From Opitutales bacterium (GTDB lineage: Bacteria; Verrucomicrobiota; Verrucomicrobiia; Opitutales; PNEW01), in the NCBI GenBank assembly GCA_965197745.1, contig CBDANS010000006.1:352001-416000 (forward strand): a DNA stretch of 64,000 nucleotides, written 5' to 3'. Shown one piece after another: positions 50,430 through 60,727 of this stretch (position 1 is the stretch's first letter; each line of letters begins with the position of its first letter). Under the pieces are notes generated by a model. The model saw only the letters and a program-made list of their open reading frames with translations, had not been told where the DNA came from and did no database searches. A program made the position numbers and the translations under genes.

Positions 50430-52676
50430 TCACTCTATCATGATCTCTTCAATATCCACGGTAATTTCATCACCGTCTTCGTTAGCGAAAGTGGCATTGA
50501 TGCTCTGGGTGGGCTGAGGGGTGTTATCGGATTTAAAGTTGTTCTGAGTAATCAAGGTCTCAAATCCGGGTGTCGTTGATCCACTCTCCGCGACAACGAC
50601 GGAAGCATCATTAGTCTGCGCCAGGGCTCCTCCCGTGATCCGCAACCCGGGGTTACCCGCAGGAACCGTGAAGGACCCTGTCTCAAACAACAAGTGCGGT
50701 TCGGCGTCTCCACTGGCATCGATGTCACCGATCGTTAATCGTACCGCAATCGGCACCCCGCGCGCGTCCACGCCAACTTTACCCATGCTTCCACTGAACA
50801 CGGTGTTCGATAACTGCATCCCTCCCATACCCGTGGAGTTGATCACTTCTACCAGGGTCACGTCCGCTGCGGCGTCATACACTTGTCCCTCCGGGAATAG
50901 AGCCTGGTTCACCGCGTTGATTTTTCCCACGGTGAAGATGCTGAAAAAGGTATTCGCGTCCGCTCCTTCGATGACCACACTCGGCTTGCCCGTCACATAC
51001 TCTACCTGTTGGTTGTAACGCGGGGGCAGCGCGGGGGGCAGGAAGGTCGAGGGATCCAAGTTGACGGTAAAAGTACCATTTCCCGAAAACTCTACCTGCA
51101 CGATGTCCTCGTTTTCGTCCATGAAAGAAACCCGCGTGATCTGATTCGGTCTTGCCTGCAGCTTGATACTTTCTCCGGTAAGTAACACCTGGTCGAATAT
51201 ATTTCCGTTAGGATGCTGGATGTTTTCGCCGACGATATCACCTGAGCCGTCGAGGACGAGAGGGATGGAAGGCGCAGCTACGGTGATGACCGCGGTATCG
51301 CTGTCAGCGCTGCCGCCGGCGTTTGTTACCTGTGCCCAGTAGTTCGTGCTCGCAGTAAGCGCCCCGGTAGTTAAAGTGCTACCGGTGGCCCCGGCGAAGG
51401 GATTGGCGGTGTCACCACTGTTGCCGGTATACCACTGGTAAGTAAGATCATCACCGCTGGCGACGACCGATAAAACAACCGCGGATCCGGACTGCACTTC
51501 CTGGCTCGCGGGCTGAGTAGTGATGGTGGGACTTGAAACCGGGGGTGGCCCTCCAGTTCCGGGGGCACCGATGGGCGTAAAGCCAAAATCATCTATACTG
51601 CTATCACCAAAGTCGGCACCGGGAGCAAACAAAGGGGTATTAAGGTAGGTTATTTTTCCAATTCCTCCAGGCGCTCCCAATGCTTCAGCATTAAAATCGA
51701 GAAAATCATAATCTAAGCCGGCTTCGAATCTAATATTCAGCGGTAAATCGGTAACCGTAGTGAGAAGGTTATCTTCAGTGTCAAATACACTGATTACCCC
51801 GTCTCCTTCAACAAAGACCGCAGCGTAAAACTGCACCTTGGCCACCGGTGTTTCAAAGGTAATCGTTCCCAGGCTATCATCCTGAATATTCCAGATTCCC
51901 GGAGAGAGTCTGCCGAATTCATCGGTGGCTGGGATGGGAAAGGTGTGATTTAATGGTGAGTTAACGTCATCGGTGCCGAAAGCGACTTGTGCAATGCCCC
52001 CCGTGAAATTCGCGGTGAAGGGTGATTGACCAAGAATAAAATTTACCCGGCTCGCAGGATTCGAGAACAAAATGTGATTATCCAGATCCTCAAAATCTTC
52101 ATAGATGGTATTATTAGGAGGGCCATCAACGTAAGTAAACCCGAGATCATCGAGGGAAAATTGTCCCGTTACATTGATCACTTTAAGTTCAGTTATACCG
52201 TTTGTAAAGTTGAGGTCGGATGTATCCTGGATATCGCCACCAAAGGCGACAAAACTTCTCAATGGGGGGTTTGCTCCTGGACTGATATTTGTCGTCAAGC
52301 CATTAATAATACCTTGTTGAGATAGGGTTTGAAAGTTTTCGTCTCTCAGTTCGATTCTCCCGGCACCATTTGTTTCGGCCGCATAGAACTGAAGCTCATT
52401 GACTCCCCGTTCGAATAAAATTTTCCCTTCCTGCGCACCGGGAACAAGCATGAGGGCTTTGGATCCAGAATGGTAGAGACTCGGATTACCGACACTTTGC
52501 AAATTAAAATTAATAATCCGTATAGTAAAAGGGGGTACTCCAATCGTGAAATCTGTGCCTTCCCCCGAGACATTTTCAAAATCAAAAAAAGTATCAAGGT
52601 TCTCAGGGACGGCAGGTAGAAGAACAGGTAAGACGAGTCCCCATAGCAGTATCGCGTTAAATTTTATTATCCTCAT
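50430..52676 (-). CDS. Secreted paralog of 47965-49896 with an inserted Ig-like domain
   Basis: Same modules as the paralog plus PTITTQPASQ...LSVVASG..LTYQWY...NYWAQVTN...S-TAVITV. Confidence 0.82.
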   Translation of the reverse strand: MRIIKFNAILLWGLVLPVLLPAVPENLDTFFDFENVSGEGTDFTIGVPPFTIRIINFNLQSVGNPSLYHSGSKALMLVPGAQEGKILFERGVNELQFYAAETNGAGRIELRDENFQTLSQQGIINGLTTNISPGANPPLRSFVAFGGDIQDTSDLNFTNGITELKVINVTGQFSLDDLGFTYVDGPPNNTIYEDFEDLDNHILFSNPASRVNFILGQSPFTANFTGGIAQVAFGTDDVNSPLNHTFPIPATDEFGRLSPGIWNIQDDSLGTITFETPVAKVQFYAAVFVEGDGVISVFDTEDNLLTTVTDLPLNIRFEAGLDYDFLDFNAEALGAPGGIGKITYLNTPLFAPGADFGDSSIDDFGFTPIGAPGTGGPPPVSSPTITTQPASQEVQSGSAVVLSVVASGDDLTYQWYTGNSGDTANPFAGATGSTLTTGALTASTNYWAQVTNAGGSADSDTAVITVAAPSIPLVLDGSGDIVGENIQHPNGNIFDQVLLTGESIKLQARPNQITRVSFMDENEDIVQVEFSGNGTFTVNLDPSTFLPPALPPRYNQQVEYVTGKPSVVIEGADANTFFSIFTVGKINAVNQALFPEGQVYDAAADVTLVEVINSTGMGGMQLSNTVFSGSMGKVGVDARGVPIAVRLTIGDIDASGDAEPHLLFETGSFTVPAGNPGLRITGGALAQTNDASVVVAESGSTTPGFETLITQNNFKSDNTPQPTQSINATFANEDGDEITVDIEEIMIE

Positions 52677-53048
52677 TTGTAGCTCCTGATTATGTTAATT
52701 AGAGTATAAGTCTTTTTACAAAAATTAACAGGGGCATTACAATTTTAAAACTTATATAAATTAAAATAAGCACGTGGCTATGATGCCATAAATTATATGC
52801 GTTATGACATGATGCTTTCACTTCAATGGAGTATACTAATAAAAAATCTTTATGAGACCCCGGTATTCGAGCGTTCATTGATGGGGACATGAAAAAAATT
52901 ATCCCGAAAACTTTCATCTATTACGGTAGAAGGGAGAAACGCTTGATGGCCTGAATTCCGTTGAGAATTGGATTATTAAAACTCAATTCAGCAATGATTA
53001 AAAAGCATTGCTCCGATGCTGTTCATCGCTTAAATTATATAACCGATA

Positions 53049-54914
53049 GTGGAAAAAAAACAAAGTACACCCCCTTTCAATCGACGTTTAAATATATGGA
53101 GAACAGTCCGAAGGGGAATTACCGCTCTTGCCGAGAACAACCAGCTTGACCTCTTTCCCATTGGTCGAACCTTAAGAACCTATGACCGGGGAAAACTGAA
53201 GAGTGATTTAAAAGCTGGAATTAACGTAGCCCTGCTCGCTTTTCCCCAGGGCATGGCTTACGCATTAATTGCCGGGATTCCCATTCAATATGGTATTTAC
53301 GGGTCGGCGGTGGCTGCGATCTTAGGGCCGATTTTCTCCGGATCTCGATTTATTACTTTGGGACCAACTAACGCAACCTCGGTATTATTCTTCAGTTCGT
53401 TTCTCGCGATTGGAGGAACAACATTGGCAAAATTAAATATGATGCCCCTTCTCCTCTTCATGGTCGGGGTCATCATGATTGTCGGAGCCTATCTTCGTGT
53501 CGCCAATCTCATTCAGTATGTTTCACGCAGTGTGGTTGCCGGTTATATTACCGGTGCCGCTCTTCTTATTATTGCCAATCAAATAAAAAGTGTGCTCGGT
53601 TTTGAGATGCTGGGGACGTCTACTTTTTACCATGTATGTCGTCAGACGATATTGTACCTGCAATTTACGCACTGGCCTTCGGTTATCCTAAGTATAATTA
53701 CGGCCGTGATTTATCTCCTCTTGTTGAAAAAACTTAAAACGCTGCCCAATATAGCGATCACTTTACTGTTCATGGCATTCGTTGCGATGGGTATCAATCA
53801 TCTACTCCTATCGCCACTATTTGCCGATATGAAATTGGCTCCCCTTGCCATGCTCAGCCCAATCAAGGTTCAACATTGGGATATCACCCTCCCCCACTTT
53901 AATTTCCTGGAGATAAGTGAATTGGCGAGTGTGGCCCTGGCCATTTCCTTTCTCGCTATTCTGGAGGGATCATCAATCGGTAAATCACTGGCTGCTCGTT
54001 CAGGCGATCGCCTCGATACCAATCAGGAAATGTTAAGTATGGGAGTCGCCAATTTATGCTGTGGCTTCCTTTCCGGGATGCCTGCTTCCGGTTCGTTAAC
54101 CCGATCCACCCTCAACATTACGAGTGGTGCCGCAACTGCCTGTTCGAGTATATTTACCGGTATCTTCTGTATAATTGGCGTCTTCACTTTTGGTCATTAC
54201 ATCGACCACATACCTAAAGCATCCCTTGCCGTAATCGTAATCAGTATCGGAATATCGCTTATTAACCGGCATACCATACGTGTGGTTATGAAAGCTACTC
54301 GTTCAGACGCTATTGTTTTTGTTACTACCTTTATTGGTACATTGCTTTTTCGTTTAGATACCGCGATTTATTTCGGTGCAGGAATATCTATTCTCCTTTT
54401 TTTACGTAAAGCGGCGATGCCGGAACTGGTGGAATACACCTTCACAAATGAAGGACAATTAACCCAACTCGAAGAACAGAAAAGAACCCATCCTGAGATA
54501 TCAATCGTCCATGTTGAAGGGGAACTGTTTTTTGGAGCGGTCGAACTTTTTCGTGATCAGATGCGCAGAATAGTTGAAGATCCAAATCTTAAAATTGTCG
54601 TTTTGAAAATGCGCAATGCGCACCATTTAGATGCTACCAGCGTTTTAGCTCTGGAGGAACTGATAAAATATATGAGAGATTTAGACCGCTTCCTGCTCGT
54701 GAGCGAGGCACGCAAAGATGTCATTCGTGTCCTGAAAAATTCCGGGTTGATGGAAATCATTGGACGTGAAAACATCTTTCCCGACGTCACGCAAAATCCG
54801 ACCCTTTCCACCGCTCGAGCGCTTAAGAGAGCCCAGGAAATACTGGGTGATGAAAAAGCTGATGTCAGCATCTACATCGATCAGGCTAAGACAGAGACAA
54901 AAGAACCCTCTTGA
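53049..54914 (+). CDS. SulP/SLC26 inorganic anion transporter with STAS domain
   Basis: DLKAGINVALLAFPQGMAYA, GPT, NQE, GSLTRS, LFFGA, LDATS. Confidence 0.92.
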   Translation: MEKKQSTPPFNRRLNIWRTVRRGITALAENNQLDLFPIGRTLRTYDRGKLKSDLKAGINVALLAFPQGMAYALIAGIPIQYGIYGSAVAAILGPIFSGSRFITLGPTNATSVLFFSSFLAIGGTTLAKLNMMPLLLFMVGVIMIVGAYLRVANLIQYVSRSVVAGYITGAALLIIANQIKSVLGFEMLGTSTFYHVCRQTILYLQFTHWPSVILSIITAVIYLLLLKKLKTLPNIAITLLFMAFVAMGINHLLLSPLFADMKLAPLAMLSPIKVQHWDITLPHFNFLEISELASVALAISFLAILEGSSIGKSLAARSGDRLDTNQEMLSMGVANLCCGFLSGMPASGSLTRSTLNITSGAATACSSIFTGIFCIIGVFTFGHYIDHIPKASLAVIVISIGISLINRHTIRVVMKATRSDAIVFVTTFIGTLLFRLDTAIYFGAGISILLFLRKAAMPELVEYTFTNEGQLTQLEEQKRTHPEISIVHVEGELFFGAVELFRDQMRRIVEDPNLKIVVLKMRNAHHLDATSVLALEELIKYMRDLDRFLLVSEARKDVIRVLKNSGLMEIIGRENIFPDVTQNPTLSTARALKRAQEILGDEKADVSIYIDQAKTETKEPS

Positions 54915-54964
54915 CCGTCAATTTTCATGCGGAACTATTATAGGGTGAATATACTCTAATCGAT

Positions 54965-55642
54965 ATGCGTTTAAAACCCGGTTACAGGTTTCCCGACCCG
55001 AGGAGTGGTCCGGCCAGTCTTCCTCTTGCCCAGGGTGGTGACTTGACCGTAGATCGTTTACTGACGGCATACGAAATGGGAATATTTCCATGGTATAGTG
55101 AAGGTGAACCTGTTTACTGGTGGAGTCCCGATCCCCGGTTTATATTAATGCTTTCTGATTTCCATTATCCCCGCAGCCTTCGAAGAGACTTTAAAAAACC
55201 AGTCTGGAAAATAACTTTTGATACCGCCTTTGAAGAAGTAATTCACGCTTGCGCAACAAGTCCCCGCCCCGGTCAAAATGGAACATGGATAACACGGGAA
55301 ATGATAGAAGCTTATATCCAACTTCATCTCGCTGGTTTCGCGCACAGTGTAGAATGCTGGCGCGAAGGGAATATGGCGGGAGGCCTTTACGGGGTGTCAC
55401 TGGGAAATGTTTTTTTCGGGGAATCAATGTTTCACCGCGTAGCTAATGCCTCCAAGGTGGCCTTGGCCCACCTCGTTGACCAATTGCATAAATGGGGGTT
55501 TTGTTTTATAGATTGTCAGATGCCCACTGATCACCTTGAAGCATTCGGGGCAAAAGCGATTTCACGCAACAATTTCCTCGATCTACTGAAAGTAACTTTG
55601 AAACAATCTACCCTTCAAGGTTCCTGGAAGGACAGATCATAA
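54965..55642 (+). CDS. aat: Leucyl/phenylalanyl-tRNA--protein transferase
   Basis: GGDL, AY-GIFPW, WWSPDPR, TWIT, AHSVECW, GGLYG, FFGESMF, ASKVAL, IDCQ. Confidence 0.95.
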   Translation: MRLKPGYRFPDPRSGPASLPLAQGGDLTVDRLLTAYEMGIFPWYSEGEPVYWWSPDPRFILMLSDFHYPRSLRRDFKKPVWKITFDTAFEEVIHACATSPRPGQNGTWITREMIEAYIQLHLAGFAHSVECWREGNMAGGLYGVSLGNVFFGESMFHRVANASKVALAHLVDQLHKWGFCFIDCQMPTDHLEAFGAKAISRNNFLDLLKVTLKQSTLQGSWKDRS

Positions 55643-55730
55643 ATGAATTATAAATTGTTCGGTAATTAATAGATTAGGGCTTGACAAAATGGATAAGATT
55701 CACAAGCTTAGGATAAAAGGAGAAAATAAA

Positions 55731-56600
55731 ATGAACCTAATATCCGTATTAAAAAAATATCCTACTCAACAAGCTTGCATCGACCATTTAGAGGTTGTCA
55801 GGTGGAAAGGAAAACCGTGTTGTCCGCACTGTGAAAGCGATCATGTAGCGCGTAAGAAGGAAAAAAAGAGAGTTGGCCGATGGAACTGCCACGATTGCCA
55901 GAACAGCTTTAACGTGCTTTCAGGGACAGTATTTCAGGGAACTCACGTCCCGCTTCAAAAATGGTTCCTTGCAATTGCGTTGATGGTAAATGCAAAGAAA
56001 AGCTTATCGAGTTGCCAGTTGGCTCGCGATCTGGAACTAAATCAAATGTCTTGCTGGTATATGCAACAGCGTATTCGTGCGGCTATAGCAAGCAAGGAGC
56101 GTCGTTTCCTGAATGGTGTAGTTGAAATGGACGAAACTTATATCGGTGGGAAGCCACGACGCAGTAAGGACGATGATGACCTTCCAAAGCGTGGTAGGGG
56201 AACCAAGAAAACTCCTGTTATAGGCGCGGTAGAGCGTGGTGGTAAAGTTATAGCCAAAGTTGTCGATGATCTGAGCAGATTTGGTGTACTACGTTTTATT
56301 AACAGCGCAACCGATGCTGATGAGACTATCTTAGTTACCGATGAATTTCCCGCATACAAGATTCTCGATAATCTCTTGGCTAGGGTCACTATCAATCACA
56401 GTGAGAGCTATGTAGACGGTGATGTTCACACCAACTCAATAGAAGGGTTTTGGTCTCACTTGAAACGTGCTTGGTTTGGTCAGCACCACCATTATAAAAA
56501 GCTTTACATGCCTTTATACATCGCTGAGGCATGCTGGAAGTATAATCAACGGGAACGCAATGACGGATTCAGTGCATTCCTTAATATGGCGATGAATTGA
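55731..56600 (+). CDS. IS1595-family transposase
   Basis: Zn ribbon CPHC...CHDC, VEMDETYIGG, TDE, HTNSIEGFWS; AAGGAG RBS before ATG 55731. Confidence 0.95.
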   Translation: MNLISVLKKYPTQQACIDHLEVVRWKGKPCCPHCESDHVARKKEKKRVGRWNCHDCQNSFNVLSGTVFQGTHVPLQKWFLAIALMVNAKKSLSSCQLARDLELNQMSCWYMQQRIRAAIASKERRFLNGVVEMDETYIGGKPRRSKDDDDLPKRGRGTKKTPVIGAVERGGKVIAKVVDDLSRFGVLRFINSATDADETILVTDEFPAYKILDNLLARVTINHSESYVDGDVHTNSIEGFWSHLKRAWFGQHHHYKKLYMPLYIAEACWKYNQRERNDGFSAFLNMAMN

Positions 56601-56614
56601 AAGGAATTAATACA

Positions 56615-56934
56615 ATGACAGAAGAAGAGAAAGATCGTGAGATTGGTAAAATGTATCGCGAACATGGAGAACAAAAAAATCACTTGAAATGCCTTAGATC
56701 AAAGGCAAGATCAATGAAGCAAACTATATAGATGGGGTTAGCAATCTGCTTGACGAGCGTCCCTTTAATTACGCCGTGGGAAGAGGGAAATTATTGTATT
56801 TCGTGCCAGGAACAGGTGGGGCGCGTAAGGAAATTTCTTGGGCTTCCGAAGAAGAACTTTGCCAGCTAATAGAAGAGATTGATTCGACGAAGCAGAGAAT
56901 TGATGAGCTTAAAAATGAGTTGGGTCTAGATTGA
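56615..56934 (+). pseudogene. Frameshifted passenger ORF inside the IS (~106 aa if joined)
   Basis: RBS AAGGA + ATG 56615 to TAG 56729-56731; another frame stays open from ~56728 to TGA 56932-56934. Confidence 0.5.
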
Positions 56935-57032
56935 AGCGCGTATTAAACATCAAGCCCAAATCTATTAATTACCAATTGTTCAATAATACGCACAAAATTG
57001 ATTCGTCAATCTTTAACGGTCTGCAATTTGGA

Positions 57033-59315
57033 ATGAACTTATTTCTCAGAATTATCTTACCGTATGTTTCGATGGCTGTGTCTACTTTCATTATTTCAGG
57101 AATCGCTTTTTTTCCAGTCCCACTAATAGCGAGCAGTGAAGATGATGTTTCGCATGACAATGACCCGCACTTGAAGACAACACACAGCAATCGGCTTATT
57201 GGTGAAAATTCACCTTACCTCTTACAGCATGCGCATAACCCGGTGGATTGGTATCCCTGGGGTGATGAAGCTTTCGCTAAAGCGCGGCAGGAGGATAAAC
57301 CTATATTTCTTTCGATCGGTTATTCCACATGTCATTGGTGTCATGTAATGGAGCGCGAATCTTTCTCCAATCCCGAAATTGCGCAATTGATGAATAAAAA
57401 ATTCATCAGCATAAAAGTCGATCGAGAAGAACGTCCCGATGTCGACCAGGTTTACATGCGATTTGTCCAAGCAACAACCGGCCATGGCGGATGGCCCTTA
57501 AGTGTCTGGCTCACCCCTGATCTTAAACCCTTTGTCGGCGGCACCTATTTCCCCCCCAAACCACAACCCGGTCGTCCCGATTTTCCCACTGTATTAAACA
57601 TCATATCACAGAGGTGGGAAGAAGACCGTAATGCGGTTATGAAAGCAAGCAATGAGATTATAGCGCAATTAAACGCCCTAAGCGAAAAATCCTCACCTCC
57701 TGAGAATTTAGAATTCAATAAACTGAAAAACGCCTTTATCGCTTACCAGGGAATTTTTGATGCGCGTCATGGTGGTTTTGGCAACGCACCAAAGTTTCCG
57801 CGACCCGCATCACTGAATTTTCTCCTGCGCTATTCGAGGCAGAAAAATATTGGAGAAGATGAAGCGGAGCAGGTAAAGGATATGGTTTTCTTCACCCTGC
57901 GTGAATTGGCTAAAGGAGGAATCAATGACCATCTTGGCGGTGGCTTTCATCGCTATGCCGTGGATGCAAAATGGCGGGTGCCCCACTTTGAGAAAATGTT
58001 ATATAACCAGGCCCAATTAGCAGATACCTATCTTAATGCTTATCAGCTAACAGGCGATTCGTGGTACGGTGACATAGCTCAGCAGATTTTGCATTATACC
58101 CAGGAGCAGCTCACCGATACCCGGGGAGGCTTTTACTCGGCAGAAGATGCTGACAGCCTGCCTTCTCACGATGCTGAAGAAAAAGTGGAGGGCGCATTCT
58201 ATGTTTGGACGAAAGAAGAATTTATTGAAATACTTGGAAAGGAAAATGCGAAGCTATTAGCTTTTCATTACGGGATTGAAGAAAAGGGAAACGTCCCACC
58301 TGAAAGTGATATACGTGGCGAACTGTCAGGTAAAAATATTTTATACAAAAGCCATTCACTCTCCGAAACCGCGAAACATTTTGAGCTCAACAAATTAGAG
58401 ATAGAAAATAGAATAGAGGAAGGAAGGATAAGCTTACTTAGGGCCCGCGATGCCAGGGAGAGACCTCATCTCGACGATAAGATAATCACGGCCTGGAACG
58501 GATTAATGATCTCATCCTTATCCCATGCTTCTCTTATCCTTCAAATTCCGGATTATCTGGAAAGAACGGTCACCGCAGCTGAATTTATTCGCCATAATTT
58601 ATATCGCGAAAGCACGGGTCATCTCCTTCGCAGTTTTCGTAACGGGTCAGCGTCCGTAGAGGGTTTTCTTCAGGATTACGCTCTTCTCATTCAAGGCCTC
58701 CTCGATCTCTATGAAGCCTCTTTTGACATTCGCTGGCTGCAATGGGCCATTCGACTGCAGGAAAAGCAGAATGAACTGTTCTGGGACGATACAGCAGGCG
58801 GCTACTATACGGCTACGGGTGATGATGATAGTATTTTACTTCGTTTAAAAGATAACTTTGACGGAGCCATTCCATCCCCGAACTCCATTGCGGCATTGAA
58901 TCTACTGCGTCTATCCCAAATGATCGACAGCGCAAGCATACGACGCCGCGCGGAACAGACCCTCGAAGCATTCAGTACCACTTTTACCCAAAGCCCACAC
59001 GCCATGCCACAGATGCTGTCTGCCCTGAACTTCTATCTTGATAGCCCCAAACAAATTATTCTCAGTGGCCGCAGGCAATCGCCAACCACTAATTCCATGC
59101 TCGCAGAAATATACCGCCATTTTATACCGCATAAAGTAGTCCTTCTTGCAGACGGTGCGGAAGGGCAGGATTTTCTTAACCAGAAGCTCGAAATATTTAA
59201 CTCGATTAGCCTGGTAGAAGGCGAAACAACCGCATTCGTTTGTGAAAATTACATCTGTGATTTACCGACAACTGAACTTGCGACTTTGACTCGATTATTA
59301 AAGAGCTCACGTTAA
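57033..59315 (+). CDS. Thioredoxin-domain protein YyaL/SPATA20 (DUF255 plus alpha/alpha barrel)
   Basis: [69 protein letters not shown]; the track start at 56931 lies inside the IS. Confidence 0.92.
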   Translation: MNLFLRIILPYVSMAVSTFIISGIAFFPVPLIASSEDDVSHDNDPHLKTTHSNRLIGENSPYLLQHAHNPVDWYPWGDEAFAKARQEDKPIFLSIGYSTCHWCHVMERESFSNPEIAQLMNKKFISIKVDREERPDVDQVYMRFVQATTGHGGWPLSVWLTPDLKPFVGGTYFPPKPQPGRPDFPTVLNIISQRWEEDRNAVMKASNEIIAQLNALSEKSSPPENLEFNKLKNAFIAYQGIFDARHGGFGNAPKFPRPASLNFLLRYSRQKNIGEDEAEQVKDMVFFTLRELAKGGINDHLGGGFHRYAVDAKWRVPHFEKMLYNQAQLADTYLNAYQLTGDSWYGDIAQQILHYTQEQLTDTRGGFYSAEDADSLPSHDAEEKVEGAFYVWTKEEFIEILGKENAKLLAFHYGIEEKGNVPPESDIRGELSGKNILYKSHSLSETAKHFELNKLEIENRIEEGRISLLRARDARERPHLDDKIITAWNGLMISSLSHASLILQIPDYLERTVTAAEFIRHNLYRESTGHLLRSFRNGSASVEGFLQDYALLIQGLLDLYEASFDIRWLQWAIRLQEKQNELFWDDTAGGYYTATGDDDSILLRLKDNFDGAIPSPNSIAALNLLRLSQMIDSASIRRRAEQTLEAFSTTFTQSPHAMPQMLSALNFYLDSPKQIILSGRRQSPTTNSMLAEIYRHFIPHKVVLLADGAEGQDFLNQKLEIFNSISLVEGETTAFVCENYICDLPTTELATLTRLLKSSR

Positions 59316-59339
59316 TGCTTAACGGTAAAAGCAATCCTA

Positions 59340-60131
59340 TTACTTCTCACCAAAGCCAATTAAAGATTTACGAAGCGAGGGTATAGAATCTTTAATCATC
59401 GTCCCGAGCGATCGTATTCTTTCAAGCCCTGTCCGGTAACGTCGTGATTTAAGGAAGAAGCAACGGATATTTTTAAAACCCCCCGCTTTTAATAAAATCT
59501 TCAATTCATTTTTGGTGAACTCTCGATTGTGACGATCGGGATAGAAAGCGCGGTTTTTATATAAAATAGGTTCAGCATATAAATAATGATTTTCATAGTC
59601 ATAAGTGATATTTTTACCCCTGAGTATTCGAGACCTGTTCCTGAAGCTGACGACATTAGGGACATCTAATTCAACAATGCCCCCCGGGATTAATACCCGG
59701 TAAATTTCCTTGATCGCAGGAAGGTGCGAATGCGTAAAATGTTCAAGGACCTGGCAGCAAACTACTCCATTGAAATAATTATCAGGGAAGGGAATAGTAT
59801 CTACCTCCACATTACAGTGTTTAAAATTTATATCCTTTTTCAGAAATACATCTGCGAATTTATCTCTATTATCGATAATATCTATGGCAAAACACTCATG
59901 ACCGAGTTCATGCAATAACGATAAAAGTAAACCGGGTCCCGGGCCCACATCTAAAATTCTTTTCTGCCCTCTTAATTCAAATGCTATCCAACTAAAGCGA
60001 TCAATGCTGCCTCGAAAGTTGCTCTCTTGCTCAGCATTTTTCAGGTCATAAAGAACTCCGTTTTCCCTTAATTCTAATGCGTGTTGGCATATTCCCTGTC
60101 TATCTAAGTGCTGCGATTCCTGTAAATTCAT
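59340..60131 (-). CDS. Class I SAM-dependent methyltransferase
   Basis: ILDVGPGPG, IPFPDNYF, QVLEH, VLIPGG, VPN, HNREFT. Confidence 0.88.
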   Translation of the reverse strand: MNLQESQHLDRQGICQHALELRENGVLYDLKNAEQESNFRGSIDRFSWIAFELRGQKRILDVGPGPGLLLSLLHELGHECFAIDIIDNRDKFADVFLKKDINFKHCNVEVDTIPFPDNYFNGVVCCQVLEHFTHSHLPAIKEIYRVLIPGGIVELDVPNVVSFRNRSRILRGKNITYDYENHYLYAEPILYKNRAFYPDRHNREFTKNELKILLKAGGFKNIRCFFLKSRRYRTGLERIRSLGTMIKDSIPSLRKSLIGFGEK

Positions 60132-60193
60132 ATAGCACTTGGATAATATACGAATATCCGGGATAGGCTTAGCTTCTTCGTATCAATAGAATT

Positions 60194-60604
60194 TCAGGAC
60201 TTTTGCGGGCGGTATATCGCAGCCAGGATCATTCCTGCTATTACTATTTCGATGACACCTCCTATCAACCATGCGATGAAAAGGTTCGCAGGTATGGGTT
60301 GCATCGAAAAAAACATAAATAAGGGAGCGGTTAACAACAAACCTATTAATAATCCATAGCGAATCCCTTCACCTAATCCCTTGTTTTCATATCCGTGAAG
60401 AAAGATCAGACAAAAAAGTACGGACAATAAAATTTTTCCGAATATAGACCACAATAAATAGCTGAGAACTTCAGAATCCGGTCGCCACAATGATGCAGAA
60501 TCTTCAAAAAGATCATCAATGACATAATCGTGAAAAATCCAATCAAATAGAAAAATAAAAGCAAACACAGATACACATGATAAAATAAATTTTTCTTTGT
60601 TCAT
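60194..60604 (-). CDS. Four-TM hypothetical membrane protein
   Basis: Hydrophobic ORF with DWIFH...LWRP...GIRYGLLIG. Confidence 0.7.
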   Translation of the reverse strand: MNKEKFILSCVSVFAFIFLFDWIFHDYVIDDLFEDSASLWRPDSEVLSYLLWSIFGKILLSVLFCLIFLHGYENKGLGEGIRYGLLIGLLLTAPLFMFFSMQPIPANLFIAWLIGGVIEIVIAGMILAAIYRPQKS

Positions 60605-60727
60605 GATATTTTTTTTAATGCCCCCGTTATATAAAGCTTAAACCATTATAAAAATTTACCGATTACTTTTGATTTGTCACCAAAAAATCAATCGATTTCT
60701 ACATGCTTATTTCCTGGATTATATCCA

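Larger units (their letters stand above)
55661..56973 (+). mobile_element. Complete IS1595-family insertion sequence (1313 bp)
   Basis: 24-bp TIRs GGTAATTAATAGATT(A/T)GGGCTTGA (23/24 match) and 8-bp TSD AATTGTTC at 55653-55660 and 56974-56981. Confidence 0.95.

Noticed and set aside
50251..50579. Short ORFs
   Set aside because: They overlap REP-like repeats or are antisense to a real gene
56931..57032. N-terminal extension of YyaL in the ORF track
   Set aside because: Starts inside the IS right end; ATG 57033 is more plausible
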